Shown: positions 31,372-41,950 of the stretch, piece by piece | How positions within the stretch are numbered: the first letter of the stretch is position 1 | Layout: every line of letters starts with the position of its first letter | IMG/VR virus record: IMGVR_UViG_3300030419_005344 | Coordinates: 5,712-69,711 of that record | Source: a virus | Reading direction: 5' to 3' (one strand) | Length of the DNA stretch: 64,000 bases | Notes under the pieces: generated by a model | Database searches by the model: none | What the model was told of the DNA's origin: nothing | The model's input: the letters and a program-made list of their open reading frames with translations, nothing else | Made by a program: the position numbers and the translations under genes

Positions 31372-32558
31372 TATTCACCCTGTGTTTCTGTGCTTTCAGA
31401 TGTTGTGGAGCTACTAGCTTGTGTTACTTTAACATGAAAGTGATCAGATTCCCTGAGAACAGAAATCTCAATGCCAGCAGCAGTAAGGTCAGGTAGAGCT
31501 AAATTGTTGAGTATTTCATCAATCCCCGTAGTAAAGCGTAAATCAACCGCCTTTGATTCTCCGTCCACAACAACATGACTTGAACCGCCGCCTCCAGCGT
31601 ATTTGTTTTTCCAATATTGGGTTGCTTCGGCGACTCCTGCCGAGGTGACCTTTTGTGTTGCCGGATCATAATTGTTTTGAAATATAGTATTGAGTTCGGC
31701 GGCCATCTCTTTGTCGCTGTACAGACCCGATAGATAAGAAGTGCTTTGGTTGCCTACATTTGGGCTAGCCCAGTTTCCAGCCATAGTGTTTACTTGAGAT
31801 TCTGGACTTCTATAGCCGCTAGTTACTGTTGGTTTTGGATAGCCGTTGTTGGATGCTATGTTGCCTATAATTTGTAAAAAGCTCTTTACCTCGGCTGTAA
31901 CGTTAGGATCAACACCACTTTTAGTCTGTATTGTTGGAATGTCCGTAAAGCTATTAGAGCCTGTCTCGGCATCATTTATTAAACTTGGTCCTATCGGGCC
32001 TCCGGAATTGTGGGCTTCTCGTGCGCCGGCGTTTGGCCCAAAACAAGTCTCAATATCTAGCTGCCCGAGCGCTTCAATTCCCGTTACCACACCAAAAGTT
32101 TTACTCGGGTCGTCAAACCTTATATGCACGATAGAGCCGATTGGGGCTACTGCCATGCCTAACGCATTGTTTGACATCATCGCGGCGTAGGATGCAGGGT
32201 AACAAAAATTACAGATATTTATATACTCTTCTTTGGAGGACGCAGCAAAAGGATTTGGCTTGTCAAGGTCTAATTCTGGTATCATGCAGCGATAAACCAG
32301 TGAGTCACCACTATTTTCTTGTGATATGTTATCAACAACATTACCGTCTGGGGTGAAAACCTGAAGTACAATCCCACGAAACGTATTGACGCCCTCAAAA
32401 ATGTTAGGCGATACTATGTTCCGGAAGGTCCTTCGGTACACAGCCATAGAGTCATCGGTAATGTTGTCCGGGCGGGCGATCGGAGTACCAGAACGAGGAG
32501 TTAGATTAGGATTTAAAGCACCGGGCATTAAATTTCTATATCTTGATATATCAGCCAC
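31371..32558 (-). CDS. Baseplate-associated protein with C-terminal peptidase M15-like (Zn peptidoglycan peptidase) domain
   Basis: 'VTSGYRS...SSH......KAVDL...DHFHV' matches the M15/Hedgehog-type pattern. The N-terminal part resembles a gp5 OB-fold. Confidence 0.65.
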   Translation of the reverse strand: MADISRYRNLMPGALNPNLTPRSGTPIARPDNITDDSMAVYRRTFRNIVSPNIFEGVNTFRGIVLQVFTPDGNVVDNISQENSGDSLVYRCMIPELDLDKPNPFAASSKEEYINICNFCYPASYAAMMSNNALGMAVAPIGSIVHIRFDDPSKTFGVVTGIEALGQLDIETCFGPNAGAREAHNSGGPIGPSLINDAETGSNSFTDIPTIQTKSGVDPNVTAEVKSFLQIIGNIASNNGYPKPTVTSGYRSPESQVNTMAGNWASPNVGNQSTSYLSGLYSDKEMAAELNTIFQNNYDPATQKVTSAGVAEATQYWKNKYAGGGGSSHVVVDGESKAVDLRFTTGIDEILNNLALPDLTAAGIEISVLRESDHFHVKVTQASSSTTSESTETQGE

Positions 32559-32845
32559 TACGACCCCTCCTGCTGCAACATATCAAAGATATCAGCACGG
32601 TCGTCGTCACTCAGACCGGTGTCTCCTAGCTGCTGTTTGTGGATAAGGCCAGATACCTTGACTAGTTGCTCGTTGCTTCTCTGAAGCGTCTCAACATATT
32701 TAGCAGCCACCGAACCGACTTGGGTGTGCCGCTCCTCGTCTTTAGACAAGTAGCGCATCACGTCGTCCAGAAGCTCTCTGGTGACTTCTCTGTCGTCTTG
32801 TATGTTCTTGATGGCTGTCTCAAGGTAATGGTCCAGTTGTTTCAT
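32558..32845 (-). CDS. Hypothetical helical protein (~95 aa)
   Basis: Start placed at the ATGA overlap with the sigma-like gene (32845) rather than at 32863. Confidence 0.6.
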   Translation of the reverse strand: MKQLDHYLETAIKNIQDDREVTRELLDDVMRYLSKDEERHTQVGSVAAKYVETLQRSNEQLVKVSGLIHKQQLGDTGLSDDDRADIFDMLQQEGS

Positions 32846-33546
32846 AACTCGCCCTTGTCCCACTTCTTCCTAAACACCGCATATTTAACTCGCATTTTGT
32901 TTAGGTTGTTTACCACCTGCTTTGTGTTCAAGCCGGTTATCTCTCTCATGTATAAATAAATAGCTTTCTTATTAAAAATTTCTATATCTTCGGCACTTTC
33001 AAAGAGAATCCGGACGGCATTTAATACCTTCTCCTCATTCTCTTTCATTTTTTCATGCTCCCAAGTATCAATCTCGTTCTTGAGAAAATTAAAAAACTCT
33101 TCGTGCTCTCGCTGTCTGGGGTAGGGATTGGCAGTTGATAAATACTTAAGCTCAAGTTCCTTTGGTAGTTGTTCAACAATTTCAAGCTCTGTTCTACGCT
33201 TCTTGTTTTGCTTCTTGGTCTGGGCGATAAACCAGTTCTTTGTAATGACCGAAAAGTAAGAAAAGGCCTTTGCTTTCTCTGGATTGTACTTGGGCAAAAT
33301 TGTCACGAGCCAAACCTTACACTCCTCTTGTAGAGACGATATGTTTGGAAGAGTGGTAAACTTATAGGTATAAACTATCTTGTCTACCATCTCGCTAAAT
33401 ACAGGACCTATAAATTCATTGTATAGATAAGACCTTTCCCGGATATCTTCCGAGGCAACATACTTAATTATAGCGTTCTCGTGCTCTTTGGTAAAATACT
33501 GCTTACCCTTTCTTCTACGTCTCTTAGGCTTCGGCATCGGCATCAT
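32842..33546 (-). CDS. Putative phage RNA polymerase sigma factor (late, T4 gp55-like)
   Basis: 'YFTKEHENAIIKY...LYNEFI...MVDKIV..YKF...LPKYNPEKAKAFSYFSVITKNWFI' is sigma region-2-like (the YNP..K..AFSYF motif). A C-terminal HTH-like segment is present. Immediately upstream of the virion genes. Confidence 0.65.
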   Translation of the reverse strand: MMPMPKPKRRRRKGKQYFTKEHENAIIKYVASEDIRERSYLYNEFIGPVFSEMVDKIVYTYKFTTLPNISSLQEECKVWLVTILPKYNPEKAKAFSYFSVITKNWFIAQTKKQNKKRRTELEIVEQLPKELELKYLSTANPYPRQREHEEFFNFLKNEIDTWEHEKMKENEEKVLNAVRILFESAEDIEIFNKKAIYLYMREITGLNTKQVVNNLNKMRVKYAVFRKKWDKGEL

Positions 33547-33859
33547 CAGGCACCTCCTCGGTTAAATCGGCCTCTGCTTCTTCATCAAACAGGCCGTATA
33601 TTTCCACGAAGTCCTCAAGCGTATCAGTGAGAGCTGTGGAGTGTTGCATCAAAGACCCCAAAGTAGCGTCACCATAAAACACCTCTAATTCATGCACCCC
33701 CTTAAGGTGCTCATCAAAAGAAATAATCTCCTCTGTAAGAACCTTTATGTTTTGAGAAACATCATAAAGTTCCAAAACAACCTTCCTACAATACCAAATC
33801 AAGAAAGCATTAAGGCCAACAGATAAAGCAAACAGCATTATAGCAATCCAATCAGTCAT
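33524..33859 (-). CDS. Small membrane-anchored coiled-coil protein
   Basis: N-terminal TM helix 'WIAIMLFALSVGLNAFLIWY' and an acidic tail. Confidence 0.6.
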   Translation of the reverse strand: MTDWIAIMLFALSVGLNAFLIWYCRKVVLELYDVSQNIKVLTEEIISFDEHLKGVHELEVFYGDATLGSLMQHSTALTDTLEDFVEIYGLFDEEAEADLTEEVPDDADAEA

Positions 33860-34106
33860 TCTTTAGCCCCTTTGACATGTCTTGTTTAGCCTCTCGAATT
33901 TCTTTCTTAGCATCCTCAATAAACTCTTTCACCACTTCACCTGCTTTCTGCTTGTTTGGTTTTGCAGAAACACGAAAAGGCAAAGAGGGTATTCTTTTTA
34001 AAGAACCCTCTTCGCCACATTCGCAATCAGTTAATTTGTCAGAAATTGAGTGAGATACTTCGAAAGATTTGCCACAGACATCGCATCTATAAGTATAACG
34101 TGGCAA
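33852..34106 (-). CDS. FmdB-family zinc-ribbon protein
   Basis: '(M)PRYTYRCDVCGKSFEV...CECG...LKRI'. TTG start at 34106 with a GGAGG SD. Confidence 0.8.
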   Translation of the reverse strand: MPRYTYRCDVCGKSFEVSHSISDKLTDCECGEEGSLKRIPSLPFRVSAKPNKQKAGEVVKEFIEDAKKEIREAKQDMSKGLKND

Positions 34107-34107
34107 G

Positions 34108-34308
34108 TCATTCCTCCCCAGAATCCTCAAAATCTTCTCTCATTTTTACAAGAGGTGCATTCATGACCACCAAACCGTGCTCCGAGAGCCGGAACTTAAA
34201 ACCCTTAAGCACAGGAACAATGTCTGATTGTTCCAGTAACGACTTTTGCAGCGCCATCATTAGGGCGCCTAGGGCTTGGTCACTTAAGTGCATATCTTTA
34301 CTACTCAT
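34108..34308 (-). CDS. Hypothetical protein (66 aa)
   Basis: Coupled to its neighbours, with an AAGGAG SD. Confidence 0.55.
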   Translation of the reverse strand: MSSKDMHLSDQALGALMMALQKSLLEQSDIVPVLKGFKFRLSEHGLVVMNAPLVKMREDFEDSGEE

Positions 34309-35143
34309 TTTTATCTCCTTTTGTTACGGCTCCTTCTATTTTGAGCCAGTCTTTTTCTTCTCTAACTTCTAAGTTTTTTTGCCACGCTGCCTGTAGCATT
34401 GTTGGCTTTATGTTGTTTGTATGGCAGTAATACATTAACGCATTTAAGTCTTTTGCAAAACATTTTCCACCAAAGCCATGATACCCATCAGGGCCCGGGA
34501 CTTTAAGATGGCTTCGGCCTATTCTGCTATCTAATAAAGCCAAAGCTGTAACAGTGTCATAATCTGCCCCGATAGCGTTGCAAATTTGCTTCATTTCGTT
34601 AGCAAAAGACACCTTAGTGGCTAGAAAGGTGTTAATGTAATACTTAACTATTTCGGCTGTTTCCCAATCTGTTGTTTCATATTGCTTATCAGGTAACATC
34701 CAGCGCATCATGTCAACGCACTTTTGTGTATCGTTTTCTTGCCCACCAAATATCACGCGATTACACAACCTAAAGTCTTCTACCGAATTTGCCTCGGTTA
34801 AGAACTCTGGGCTGAACACTATCCTCATCTCTGGGTGTCGTTCGTTAATCACCCTACACGTCCCGGGCACGACGGTTGATTTTAAAATTACCAAATTATT
34901 ATTGTAACTTTGGTTAATTTTGTCCATAACATCAAAAACAATAGACAAATCAGGGTGACCATCCAAGTGCATAGGGGTGGGTACAGCGACAAAAACATAT
35001 TCACACTGTTCAGTGATATCCGAGATAGCTTTACAGTCTGTGAGTTCAGGGTTAGTGTCATACCGTAGTGTTTTGTAAGTAAATCTTATATTTTGATATA
35101 TGGCGTTTCCTACAAAACCATTTCCAATTATGCCTACTTTCAT
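34301..35143 (-). CDS. ugd: UDP-glucose/GDP-mannose dehydrogenase family (short form)
   Basis: GxGxxG, 'FVAVPTP', 'KSTVVPGT', 'SPEFL', 'GFGGKCF.KD' with catalytic Cys. The C-terminal UDP-binding domain is absent. Confidence 0.8.
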   Translation of the reverse strand: MKVGIIGNGFVGNAIYQNIRFTYKTLRYDTNPELTDCKAISDITEQCEYVFVAVPTPMHLDGHPDLSIVFDVMDKINQSYNNNLVILKSTVVPGTCRVINERHPEMRIVFSPEFLTEANSVEDFRLCNRVIFGGQENDTQKCVDMMRWMLPDKQYETTDWETAEIVKYYINTFLATKVSFANEMKQICNAIGADYDTVTALALLDSRIGRSHLKVPGPDGYHGFGGKCFAKDLNALMYYCHTNNIKPTMLQAAWQKNLEVREEKDWLKIEGAVTKGDKNE

Positions 35144-35958
35144 TTAAAACACCTAGTTAATCCTTCTAAAATTCCAATCTTAGCAGTCCAGCCTAGCTTA
35201 CGAAGCTTACTGGTGTCGGCCTCTGTGTGTCGTACATCTCCGGGCCGGACGGGTGCATGGTCCCAAGACACTTTTAGATTTTCATTAACAAATTCTTTAA
35301 TATTGTTTAGAGATACAACATCTCCGGAGCCCACATCGTATACGGCGCCGTTAAAATTTTTGTTGTGTGATGCGCAAAACAAGTTTGCTGACACCACATC
35401 ATCAACATGAATATAGTCTCTTGTTTGTTCGCCGTCGCCGTCGATGCGAAGTGGCCTATCTTGTCGGATCATTTCCATCCAAGCAGATATAACTGTTGAG
35501 TACGCCCCTCCAAAAGGCTGGTCTTCCGAGTAAACATTAAAATATCTTAAACAAACTGTGTCCAAGCCGTACAACTGGGAATACAATTTACATTCCATCT
35601 CACTCATGAGTTTATGGAGGCCGTAAGGTGAGGTAGGTCCTTGGCCGTCACCAGTTGTTGCGGCCGATGATGAAAACACGAACTTTTTGACACCGTGCGA
35701 GCGACACCAATTAAGCAAAACAGAGGTAGCATAAACATTGTGTTTTAGAGTATAGCATGGGTTTTCAACGGAATATTCAACTCTTGGAAGTGCAGCCAAA
35801 TGAAACACCGTGTCTACCTCGATGTCATCAGGTAAGCAATCAATTACATCTTGACCATCTTTAAGGTCAATGCCTAATTTTGGTCCTACAAGAGATTCAA
35901 ATAAGTGTGACCCAATAAAACCTTTGTGTCCTGTGACAAGATACTTATACTTTTTCAT
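35140..35958 (-). CDS. NAD-dependent epimerase/dehydratase
   Basis: 'TGHKGFIG', 'HLAA', 'SPYGLHK' (YxxxK), 'LRYFNVY', '[12 protein letters not shown]'. Confidence 0.9.
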   Translation of the reverse strand: MKKYKYLVTGHKGFIGSHLFESLVGPKLGIDLKDGQDVIDCLPDDIEVDTVFHLAALPRVEYSVENPCYTLKHNVYATSVLLNWCRSHGVKKFVFSSSAATTGDGQGPTSPYGLHKLMSEMECKLYSQLYGLDTVCLRYFNVYSEDQPFGGAYSTVISAWMEMIRQDRPLRIDGDGEQTRDYIHVDDVVSANLFCASHNKNFNGAVYDVGSGDVVSLNNIKEFVNENLKVSWDHAPVRPGDVRHTEADTSKLRKLGWTAKIGILEGLTRCFK

Positions 35959-36919
35959 TCTGCACCTTTTTTAAGTCTGCCTCGTACATCATTCCTGCAA
36001 GCTCTTTAAATCTTACCTTTGGAGTCCACCCTAGCTTGCCTTGGGCCTTCCTTGCGTCTCCTAACAACAACGGCACCTCGTGGGGCCTAAACAGCCGCTC
36101 GTCTTGCTCAACATACTCGCCTATATCAAGCTCTGCGCATTCGAACACAACCTCTAAAAACTCTCTCACTGTGTGTGTCTCGCCAGTAGCGATAACATAA
36201 TCATCAGGCTTAGGCTGTTGAAGCATAAGCCACATCATTTCAACGTAATCACCGGCAAATCCCCAATCGCGTTTGGCATCTAGGTTGCCAAGATAAAGTT
36301 TATCTTGCAGCCCAAGTTTAATCCGGGCAGCGGCCATGGTAATCTTGCGTGTAACAAAAGTCTCGCCCCTACGAGGGGACTCGTGGTTGAATAAGATTCC
36401 ACACGATGCGTGCAACCCGTATGACTCTCTGTAGTTCCTTACAAGGTGATGCGCGTACACTTTGGCGCAAGCGTATGGTGAAGCCGGCTGAAGTGCTGTG
36501 GACTCGTCCTGCGGGCTCTCAGGGTTATCTCCAAACATCTCTGATGATGAGGCCTGATAAAAGCGTGCGTTTGGAACGATATGTCGCATTGCTTCTAAAA
36601 GTCGCAGTGTACCCATCACAATTGTGTCTGTTGTACTCTCTGGGACCTCAAAGGAAACGCGAACGTGTGATTGTGCGGCAAGATTATATATTTCGTCGGG
36701 CTTGTACTCGTTTAACAATCTCCACATACATCCAGTATCATTCAGTTCAAAATACCGCATGCTAAAATTTGGATGGTCAAAAATGTGATCTAACCGTTCT
36801 GTACAGATGGTGGATGTTCTTCGCTTAAGTCCAACAACCTTGTAGCCCTTGTCTAGCAGTAACTCTGCTAAATAAGAACCATCTTGTCCTGTTACACCAG
36901 TTATCATTGCCGTTTTCAA
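35945..36919 (-). CDS. gmd: GDP-mannose 4,6-dehydratase
   Basis: '[17 protein letters not shown]', 'NLAAQSHV', '[16 protein letters not shown]', 'RDWG'. TTG start at 36919 (GAGGTG SD, TTGA overlap with fcl). Confidence 0.95.
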   Translation of the reverse strand: MKTAMITGVTGQDGSYLAELLLDKGYKVVGLKRRTSTICTERLDHIFDHPNFSMRYFELNDTGCMWRLLNEYKPDEIYNLAAQSHVRVSFEVPESTTDTIVMGTLRLLEAMRHIVPNARFYQASSSEMFGDNPESPQDESTALQPASPYACAKVYAHHLVRNYRESYGLHASCGILFNHESPRRGETFVTRKITMAAARIKLGLQDKLYLGNLDAKRDWGFAGDYVEMMWLMLQQPKPDDYVIATGETHTVREFLEVVFECAELDIGEYVEQDERLFRPHEVPLLLGDARKAQGKLGWTPKVRFKELAGMMYEADLKKVQNEKV

Positions 36920-37824
36920 GAGACACCTCTTATGTCCGGATACTTTAACATAACCCATTTACAAGTTTTAGTCAAGCCTTTTTCTAAAGAAGTATACCAT
37001 TTTTTATCCCAACCCAAATCTAAAAGCTTCTGGTTAGAGCTTGGCTTTCTGTGTTGCCCGGACGGCATTTGTGTATTCCATCGTATTTCTCCGTCATATT
37101 TCATAATAGAACAGATCATCTCTACAACTTCTTTAATAGAATATTCCTCGGTGTTTCCAATATTAATTGGTTCTGGCTCATCATAACTTTCTAATAGAAA
37201 CATTAGTATTTTGACAATATCTTCAGAATATGTAAACTCTCTTAACGGAGAGCCGTCGCCCCAGCACTCCACAAAAGGTTTGTTGTTTAGCTTTGCTTCC
37301 CATACTTTTCTTATAATCGCTGGTATGACATGGCTGTTTTCTAAATCGAAGTTGTCGTTTTCTCCGTAAAGATTGTTTGGTATAGCTGTGATAAAGTTGC
37401 ACCCATATTGTTGCCTGTACGCACGGGACATAACGTCAACCATCCTCTTAGAATAAGCATAACCAAAATTAGATGAATGAGGAGGCCCAAGATGTAATTG
37501 ATCTTCGGTTAAAGGATATGTGACATACGGAGAGTCTGGATATACGCACGTTGACAGAAGAGAAACAACTTTTTTAGCGCTTGAAGAATAAGCTTGGTGC
37601 AATAGTTTTTGATTAATAGTAGAATTGATGGTATAGAATTGACACACTTCGTCTGTATTAGCTTTAACACCTCCAACTTTAGCAGCCAGATGAACAATAT
37701 TTTTTCCTTGCATATCATAAAAATTATTATGAAATTCTTCTCTTGTAGGATAATCAGCATCAGGTATTAATGTTTTAAAAGCTGAACCAACCATTCCTGT
37801 CCCACCAGTGACTAATAAACCCAT
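36916..37824 (-). CDS. fcl: GDP-L-fucose synthase
   Basis: 'TGGTGMVG', 'HLAAKVGG', 'STCVYP', 'YAYSKR', '[15 protein letters not shown]', '[10 protein letters not shown]'. Adjacent to gmd. Confidence 0.93.
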   Translation of the reverse strand: MGLLVTGGTGMVGSAFKTLIPDADYPTREEFHNNFYDMQGKNIVHLAAKVGGVKANTDEVCQFYTINSTINQKLLHQAYSSSAKKVVSLLSTCVYPDSPYVTYPLTEDQLHLGPPHSSNFGYAYSKRMVDVMSRAYRQQYGCNFITAIPNNLYGENDNFDLENSHVIPAIIRKVWEAKLNNKPFVECWGDGSPLREFTYSEDIVKILMFLLESYDEPEPINIGNTEEYSIKEVVEMICSIMKYDGEIRWNTQMPSGQHRKPSSNQKLLDLGWDKKWYTSLEKGLTKTCKWVMLKYPDIRGVS

Positions 37825-37825
37825 A

Positions 37826-38539
37826 TTACCATGAGTGGCTTCGAACCACTATCCTTTCATTGCCGGGTTGTACATTTCCACCCTTGTGAATCACATCAGA
37901 ATCAAATATTATTAGAGTGCCTGCTGGACCTGTAATTGGCACTAGCTCGTACTCAATCTCAGGATAATGATTCTGGGGTTCATCCCAAAAATCACAACGG
38001 CCGGCATCTCCATAAAAACGACCGAATCTCCACTTTGTAATATTATTAGGGTTTGGTTCCATAGATCTTAATCTCTTTGTCATGTGGTGAGATCCCGGTG
38101 AGACCGTAAGAGGCCCACACTGTTCACACACGTCCGTGACGTTTAAGAAAAATTTAAATCTCTGCAACCTATCAAAATGAGCCCATCCTTGCGGGCCTAC
38201 CCCTTGATCACTTATATAATCATATGTAGAAAAAATATCTCTTTGAAATCCGACATTTAATTGTTGGTACCCTGTGGCAACCTCATACATCCACTCAGAG
38301 TTTCTAAAAAATGATGTTACTGTAGGTGTCTCAGTCAAATCCCAACTGCTTGGATTGTCACTCCGGATAGCTTTGCCGAATGAATAATTTGCCTCTCTTT
38401 TTTCAAAGATAGACAAAAGTTCTGATTTTATTAGGGACACATCTTTAGTATAACCTGCTATCCTAGCTACACCATATTTGTTTAGTGTCTGGACCACTTC
38501 GTGTGGATGAGCCTGTGTATTTAGATCAAATCTTTCCAA
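37826..38539 (-). CDS. PhyH-like 2OG-Fe(II) dioxygenase
   Basis: HxD 'WAHFD', 'GPLTVSPGSH', 'GPAGTLIIFDSDVIHKG', 'R.V'. Confidence 0.75.
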   Translation of the reverse strand: MERFDLNTQAHPHEVVQTLNKYGVARIAGYTKDVSLIKSELLSIFEKREANYSFGKAIRSDNPSSWDLTETPTVTSFFRNSEWMYEVATGYQQLNVGFQRDIFSTYDYISDQGVGPQGWAHFDRLQRFKFFLNVTDVCEQCGPLTVSPGSHHMTKRLRSMEPNPNNITKWRFGRFYGDAGRCDFWDEPQNHYPEIEYELVPITGPAGTLIIFDSDVIHKGGNVQPGNERIVVRSHSW

Positions 38540-38541
38540 TT

Positions 38542-39498
38542 CTATGCTCCTACTAAACTCATGGCCAGTTGTAGTTCTCTCTGGTCATTTGAAATTGGTA
38601 ACTGATTAATAATATCACTGCCTATTGGAATGCTTGCACTTTTCATATATTGCTTAAAGCTTGATATAATAATTCTGTGTGAGTCCTCTACAGGAATTTG
38701 TTTTTCTTTTTCTAAGTATTTTGATATGGGGTTAGAACAATTTAGTCTATTAAATATTTCATCAAATAAAGTGTCCTTCTCTAATACAGGATGAACTTTT
38801 GGGTCTGTAAGAGTAACTGCACCAGATAAATCTCTGTGCAATCTTATCAGGGAAATACAATCTAAATTTGTTTTTCTATACCCCTCACATGTCGCGACCA
38901 AAGTAAATATCTTATCCCAAAATCTGATTGGGGCTAGGCTAGCTGGACTATTAACGCTGTCGCAGATTATATCGATTGCCTTGGCCCAAACAGACATGCG
39001 TGTTAAAATATGTGGATTAACATACACAGATGGAACAAAAACACTTTCTATTCTGCGTAAAGTGTCTTCTTCGTTTTTATCTTTTTTAATCCACTCCGGG
39101 GTACCGTATTGCCAGTTTATCATGCTGGGAGACAACATTTGGATTACTTGTCCTTGAGCACATGAATATTCTGGGTTTTCAATCAGAAACTTTTCTGCTA
39201 CTTTTATACCTGTTGGGGACGCAAAATCATCATCATTATTCCAATATATAAATGAATATTCATTATATAATTTACAAATATCCTTCCACATTTCGTAAAA
39301 GTGAAATTGTGAAGCAGGATAGTGGTGAACCTCTTTAATTTTATCGTGTTTTGGTGCCGGGGACCAAAAATCTTCAGATTGATCCACTAGAATCACGTCT
39401 AAATCTTCCGAGTAGGACTCTAAAAATTTTAATTGTTTACTGAGTGTATGTTTTCTGTTGAAGAAAGTTATAACCAGCAGAGTTTTATTGTTTTTCAT
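38542..39498 (-). CDS. GT-A glycosyltransferase (GT2 / TIGR00180-like)
   Basis: 'ITFFNRKH.L', 'ILVDQS', 'NDDDF', 'FL..NPEYSCAQG'. Confidence 0.65.
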   Translation of the reverse strand: MKNNKTLLVITFFNRKHTLSKQLKFLESYSEDLDVILVDQSEDFWSPAPKHDKIKEVHHYPASQFHFYEMWKDICKLYNEYSFIYWNNDDDFASPTGIKVAEKFLIENPEYSCAQGQVIQMLSPSMINWQYGTPEWIKKDKNEEDTLRRIESVFVPSVYVNPHILTRMSVWAKAIDIICDSVNSPASLAPIRFWDKIFTLVATCEGYRKTNLDCISLIRLHRDLSGAVTLTDPKVHPVLEKDTLFDEIFNRLNCSNPISKYLEKEKQIPVEDSHRIIISSFKQYMKSASIPIGSDIINQLPISNDQRELQLAMSLVGA

Positions 39499-40411
39499 AA
39501 TATCTGATCGTATCTAAAATGGCCGCTTTAAAATTAGTTGGTTTTATATTAGGACATAAGTCCAAGAATTTATTAGCATTGATTGAGTATCTAAAATCAT
39601 GGCCCGGTCGGTCTTCAACAAATTCTACATTTGAATCAAACTCTTTATCCAATAGTTCTAGAATTTCGGAAATAACTTCAAGATTTTCTTTTTCATTACT
39701 TAGCGATAAGTTATATGTCTCGTTATTTTTACCCTTCTCAAAGACCTCTAGAATACACTTGGCACAGTCTTTAACATAGAACCAGTCCCTAATATTCCTA
39801 CCGTCTCCATAGATTGGAACCTTTTGTTCGTCCGACAGTCTTTTCAATATTTTTGGAATAAGCTTTTCCTCGTCCTGTCTCGGCCCAAAATTATTACTCA
39901 TTCGAACTATTTTATATTTTACACCATGTGTAGTTTGAAAAGATTTGACTAGATGCTCTGCGGCTGTTTTTGTTGCAGAATATGGATTTCTGGGGCTAAG
40001 GGTATCGGTTTCGCTGAATGAGTCCTCAACGGTAGAACCATAAACTTCATCCGTAGAGATTTGAAACATGTTACAGCCTGTCTTGCGGCATGCCTCAAGA
40101 AGCGAATATACGCCATTAATGTTGGAATGTAAAAAGTTTTCAGCCGAATCGATTGAGCGATCAACGTGAGATTCCGCTGCAAAATTAATAACCCAATCAA
40201 TGTTATGCTTATTAATGATATCAACCATCTTATCATGATTAGCAATGTCACATTTGTAAAACTTTATTTTATTAATAAATGTGCTCATGTTTTTTTCTTT
40301 TCCAGCATATGTCATTTTATCAACACCAACAATTGTATGTCCTTGTTCTAGGAATACATCAACCGCATGACTGCCAATAAACCCTGCACAACCAGTTATC
40401 ATTAAATTCAT
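39485..40411 (-). CDS. rfbB: dTDP-glucose 4,6-dehydratase
   Basis: 'TGCAGFIGS', 'DKMTYAG', 'NFAAESHVDRSI', 'STDEVYG', 'PYSATK', 'DRPGHDFRY'. Start taken at 40411. Confidence 0.93.
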   Translation of the reverse strand: MNLMITGCAGFIGSHAVDVFLEQGHTIVGVDKMTYAGKEKNMSTFINKIKFYKCDIANHDKMVDIINKHNIDWVINFAAESHVDRSIDSAENFLHSNINGVYSLLEACRKTGCNMFQISTDEVYGSTVEDSFSETDTLSPRNPYSATKTAAEHLVKSFQTTHGVKYKIVRMSNNFGPRQDEEKLIPKILKRLSDEQKVPIYGDGRNIRDWFYVKDCAKCILEVFEKGKNNETYNLSLSNEKENLEVISEILELLDKEFDSNVEFVEDRPGHDFRYSINANKFLDLCPNIKPTNFKAAILDTIRYYEKQ

Positions 40412-40412
40412 T

Positions 40413-41228
40413 TTATTTCCCATAGTTAGTAACACACCAAGTTAAAGCATCGCTGGCTGGTCTTGGATTAAAACCTGTTGATTTTAGTTTTTTAATATCT
40501 AAAATTGTATTTACTCTCTTGTTGACCAAGCCACTTAAAAATTCTTCATATGTGGCTGTGCTAACTTCTAGTGACGGCTTAATATTCTCTTTTATAGCTA
40601 ATGCAATATCATGTGGTGTTAGTGTGCCCTCGTTAGCGCAATTATATATACCCGTGGCATTTATGTTAATTAAGTGCTGCATCATGAGAGCAAAATCTTC
40701 AATACAAGTAACTGAGTTGGCTTCTTCTATTGCTGCTATCTTATCCATCTTCACAAATTTAGTGATCATATTTGTAGGGTGTACTTTTTTAGTGATCATT
40801 TGTCGAGGTCTTAAAATTAGGTAATTTTCATATCCATAATTAATAATGAAATCATCTGCCCACATTTTTGTTCTTGTGTACCACACTTTAGGATCTGGTT
40901 CGGCTTGTTCGTCGCGTGGAACTTGATTACCATCAAACAAACAACCACTACTTATGTGAACATATTTTATTTTCTGATTGAAACAACATGTTAGCAGGTT
41001 AATAGCACCCTTTGTATTAACGTTATAAGAGTGCATTTTATCTTCTTCACATTTTTCTAGATTTGAAATAGCTGCACAATTTATAACTACATCGGGATTT
41101 TCCCTATTTATAATTTCGCAAACTTTGTCACTATTTGTGACATCACACTGTGTTCTAGGAATTATCGTGCTATCTTCATCTTCAATGATTGATGCGACTT
41201 TTCCAGAACCAAAGATTAATTTTTTCAT
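40413..41228 (-). CDS. RmlD-fold sugar reductase, resembling the bifunctional 3,5-epimerase/4-reductase (NRS/ER)
   Basis: 'PDVVINCAA', 'HISSGCLF', 'YTRTK', 'LRPR', 'NMITK', 'NSVT', 'TGIYN..NEG'. Lies between rfbA and rfbB with no rmlC present. Confidence 0.7.
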   Translation of the reverse strand: MKKLIFGSGKVASIIEDEDSTIIPRTQCDVTNSDKVCEIINRENPDVVINCAAISNLEKCEEDKMHSYNVNTKGAINLLTCCFNQKIKYVHISSGCLFDGNQVPRDEQAEPDPKVWYTRTKMWADDFIINYGYENYLILRPRQMITKKVHPTNMITKFVKMDKIAAIEEANSVTCIEDFALMMQHLININATGIYNCANEGTLTPHDIALAIKENIKPSLEVSTATYEEFLSGLVNKRVNTILDIKKLKSTGFNPRPASDALTWCVTNYGK

Positions 41229-41230
41229 TT

Positions 41231-41950
41231 TTACTCCAATATACCAGATGTGATAAGACGATTGGCTTTATAATAAGACTTTAAAGTTCCTGCATCGGTC
41301 CACCACCCATCCATTATCTTATAAAACATTTGATTATTTTCGATATATGCATTGTTGATGTCTGTTATTTCATATTCCCCTCTAGCAGACGGAACTAGTG
41401 TGCTAATAATATCAAAAACTTTGTTGTCATACATGTATATGCCTGTAATAGCATAATCACTTTTTGGAAGATCTGGCTTTTCTTCGATTTGTGAAACTCT
41501 GTCTCCGTCAAAAATCGCAACACCGTACCTTTCCGGATCCGGCACTTTCTTTAGTAATAACTGACAGGCACGGCCATCTTGTATAAAATCACTGATATGA
41601 TCAGTTAAGCAGTCTTCGAAAATGTTATCTCCTAGAATTACAATACATGTGTCAGAGCCAACAAAATTTTTACACAAAGATAAGGCGCCACCGATCCCAT
41701 CAGGCTTATCTTGGACTCGAAAAGTAAAATTACAGTTGTACTCTGAACCGGAGCCTAACAAGGAGATCATATCTCCCATATGCTCCGTGCCTGTGATAAT
41801 CATAATGTCAGTAACACTAGCTTCCACAAGCTTTTTAACGTTATGAATAATCATTGGCTGATCCCCAATCGGGAGAAGATGTTTGTTTGTAACTTTTGTT
41901 AAAGGGTACAGTCTAGAACCTGTCCCTCCTGCTAATATAATGCCTTTCAT
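41231..41950 (-). CDS. rfbA: Glucose-1-phosphate thymidylyltransferase (short RmlA/SpsI type)
   Basis: 'GIILAGGTGSRLYPLTK..NKHLLPI', 'LGDN', 'EEKP', 'SARGEYEITD', 'WTDAGT'. Confidence 0.93.
   Translation of the reverse strand: MKGIILAGGTGSRLYPLTKVTNKHLLPIGDQPMIIHNVKKLVEASVTDIMIITGTEHMGDMISLLGSGSEYNCNFTFRVQDKPDGIGGALSLCKNFVGSDTCIVILGDNIFEDCLTDHISDFIQDGRACQLLLKKVPDPERYGVAIFDGDRVSQIEEKPDLPKSDYAITGIYMYDNKVFDIISTLVPSARGEYEITDINNAYIENNQMFYKIMDGWWTDAGTLKSYYKANRLITSGILE

Noticed and set aside
382-32558. Extracellular contractile injection system or T6SS
   Set aside because: gp25/gp6-like genes fit, but the phage sigma factor, late-promoter motif, phoH, Cas4-like gene and giant LamG proteins favour a jumbo phage. 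Capsid and terminase genes are not in this window, so this is not formally excluded.
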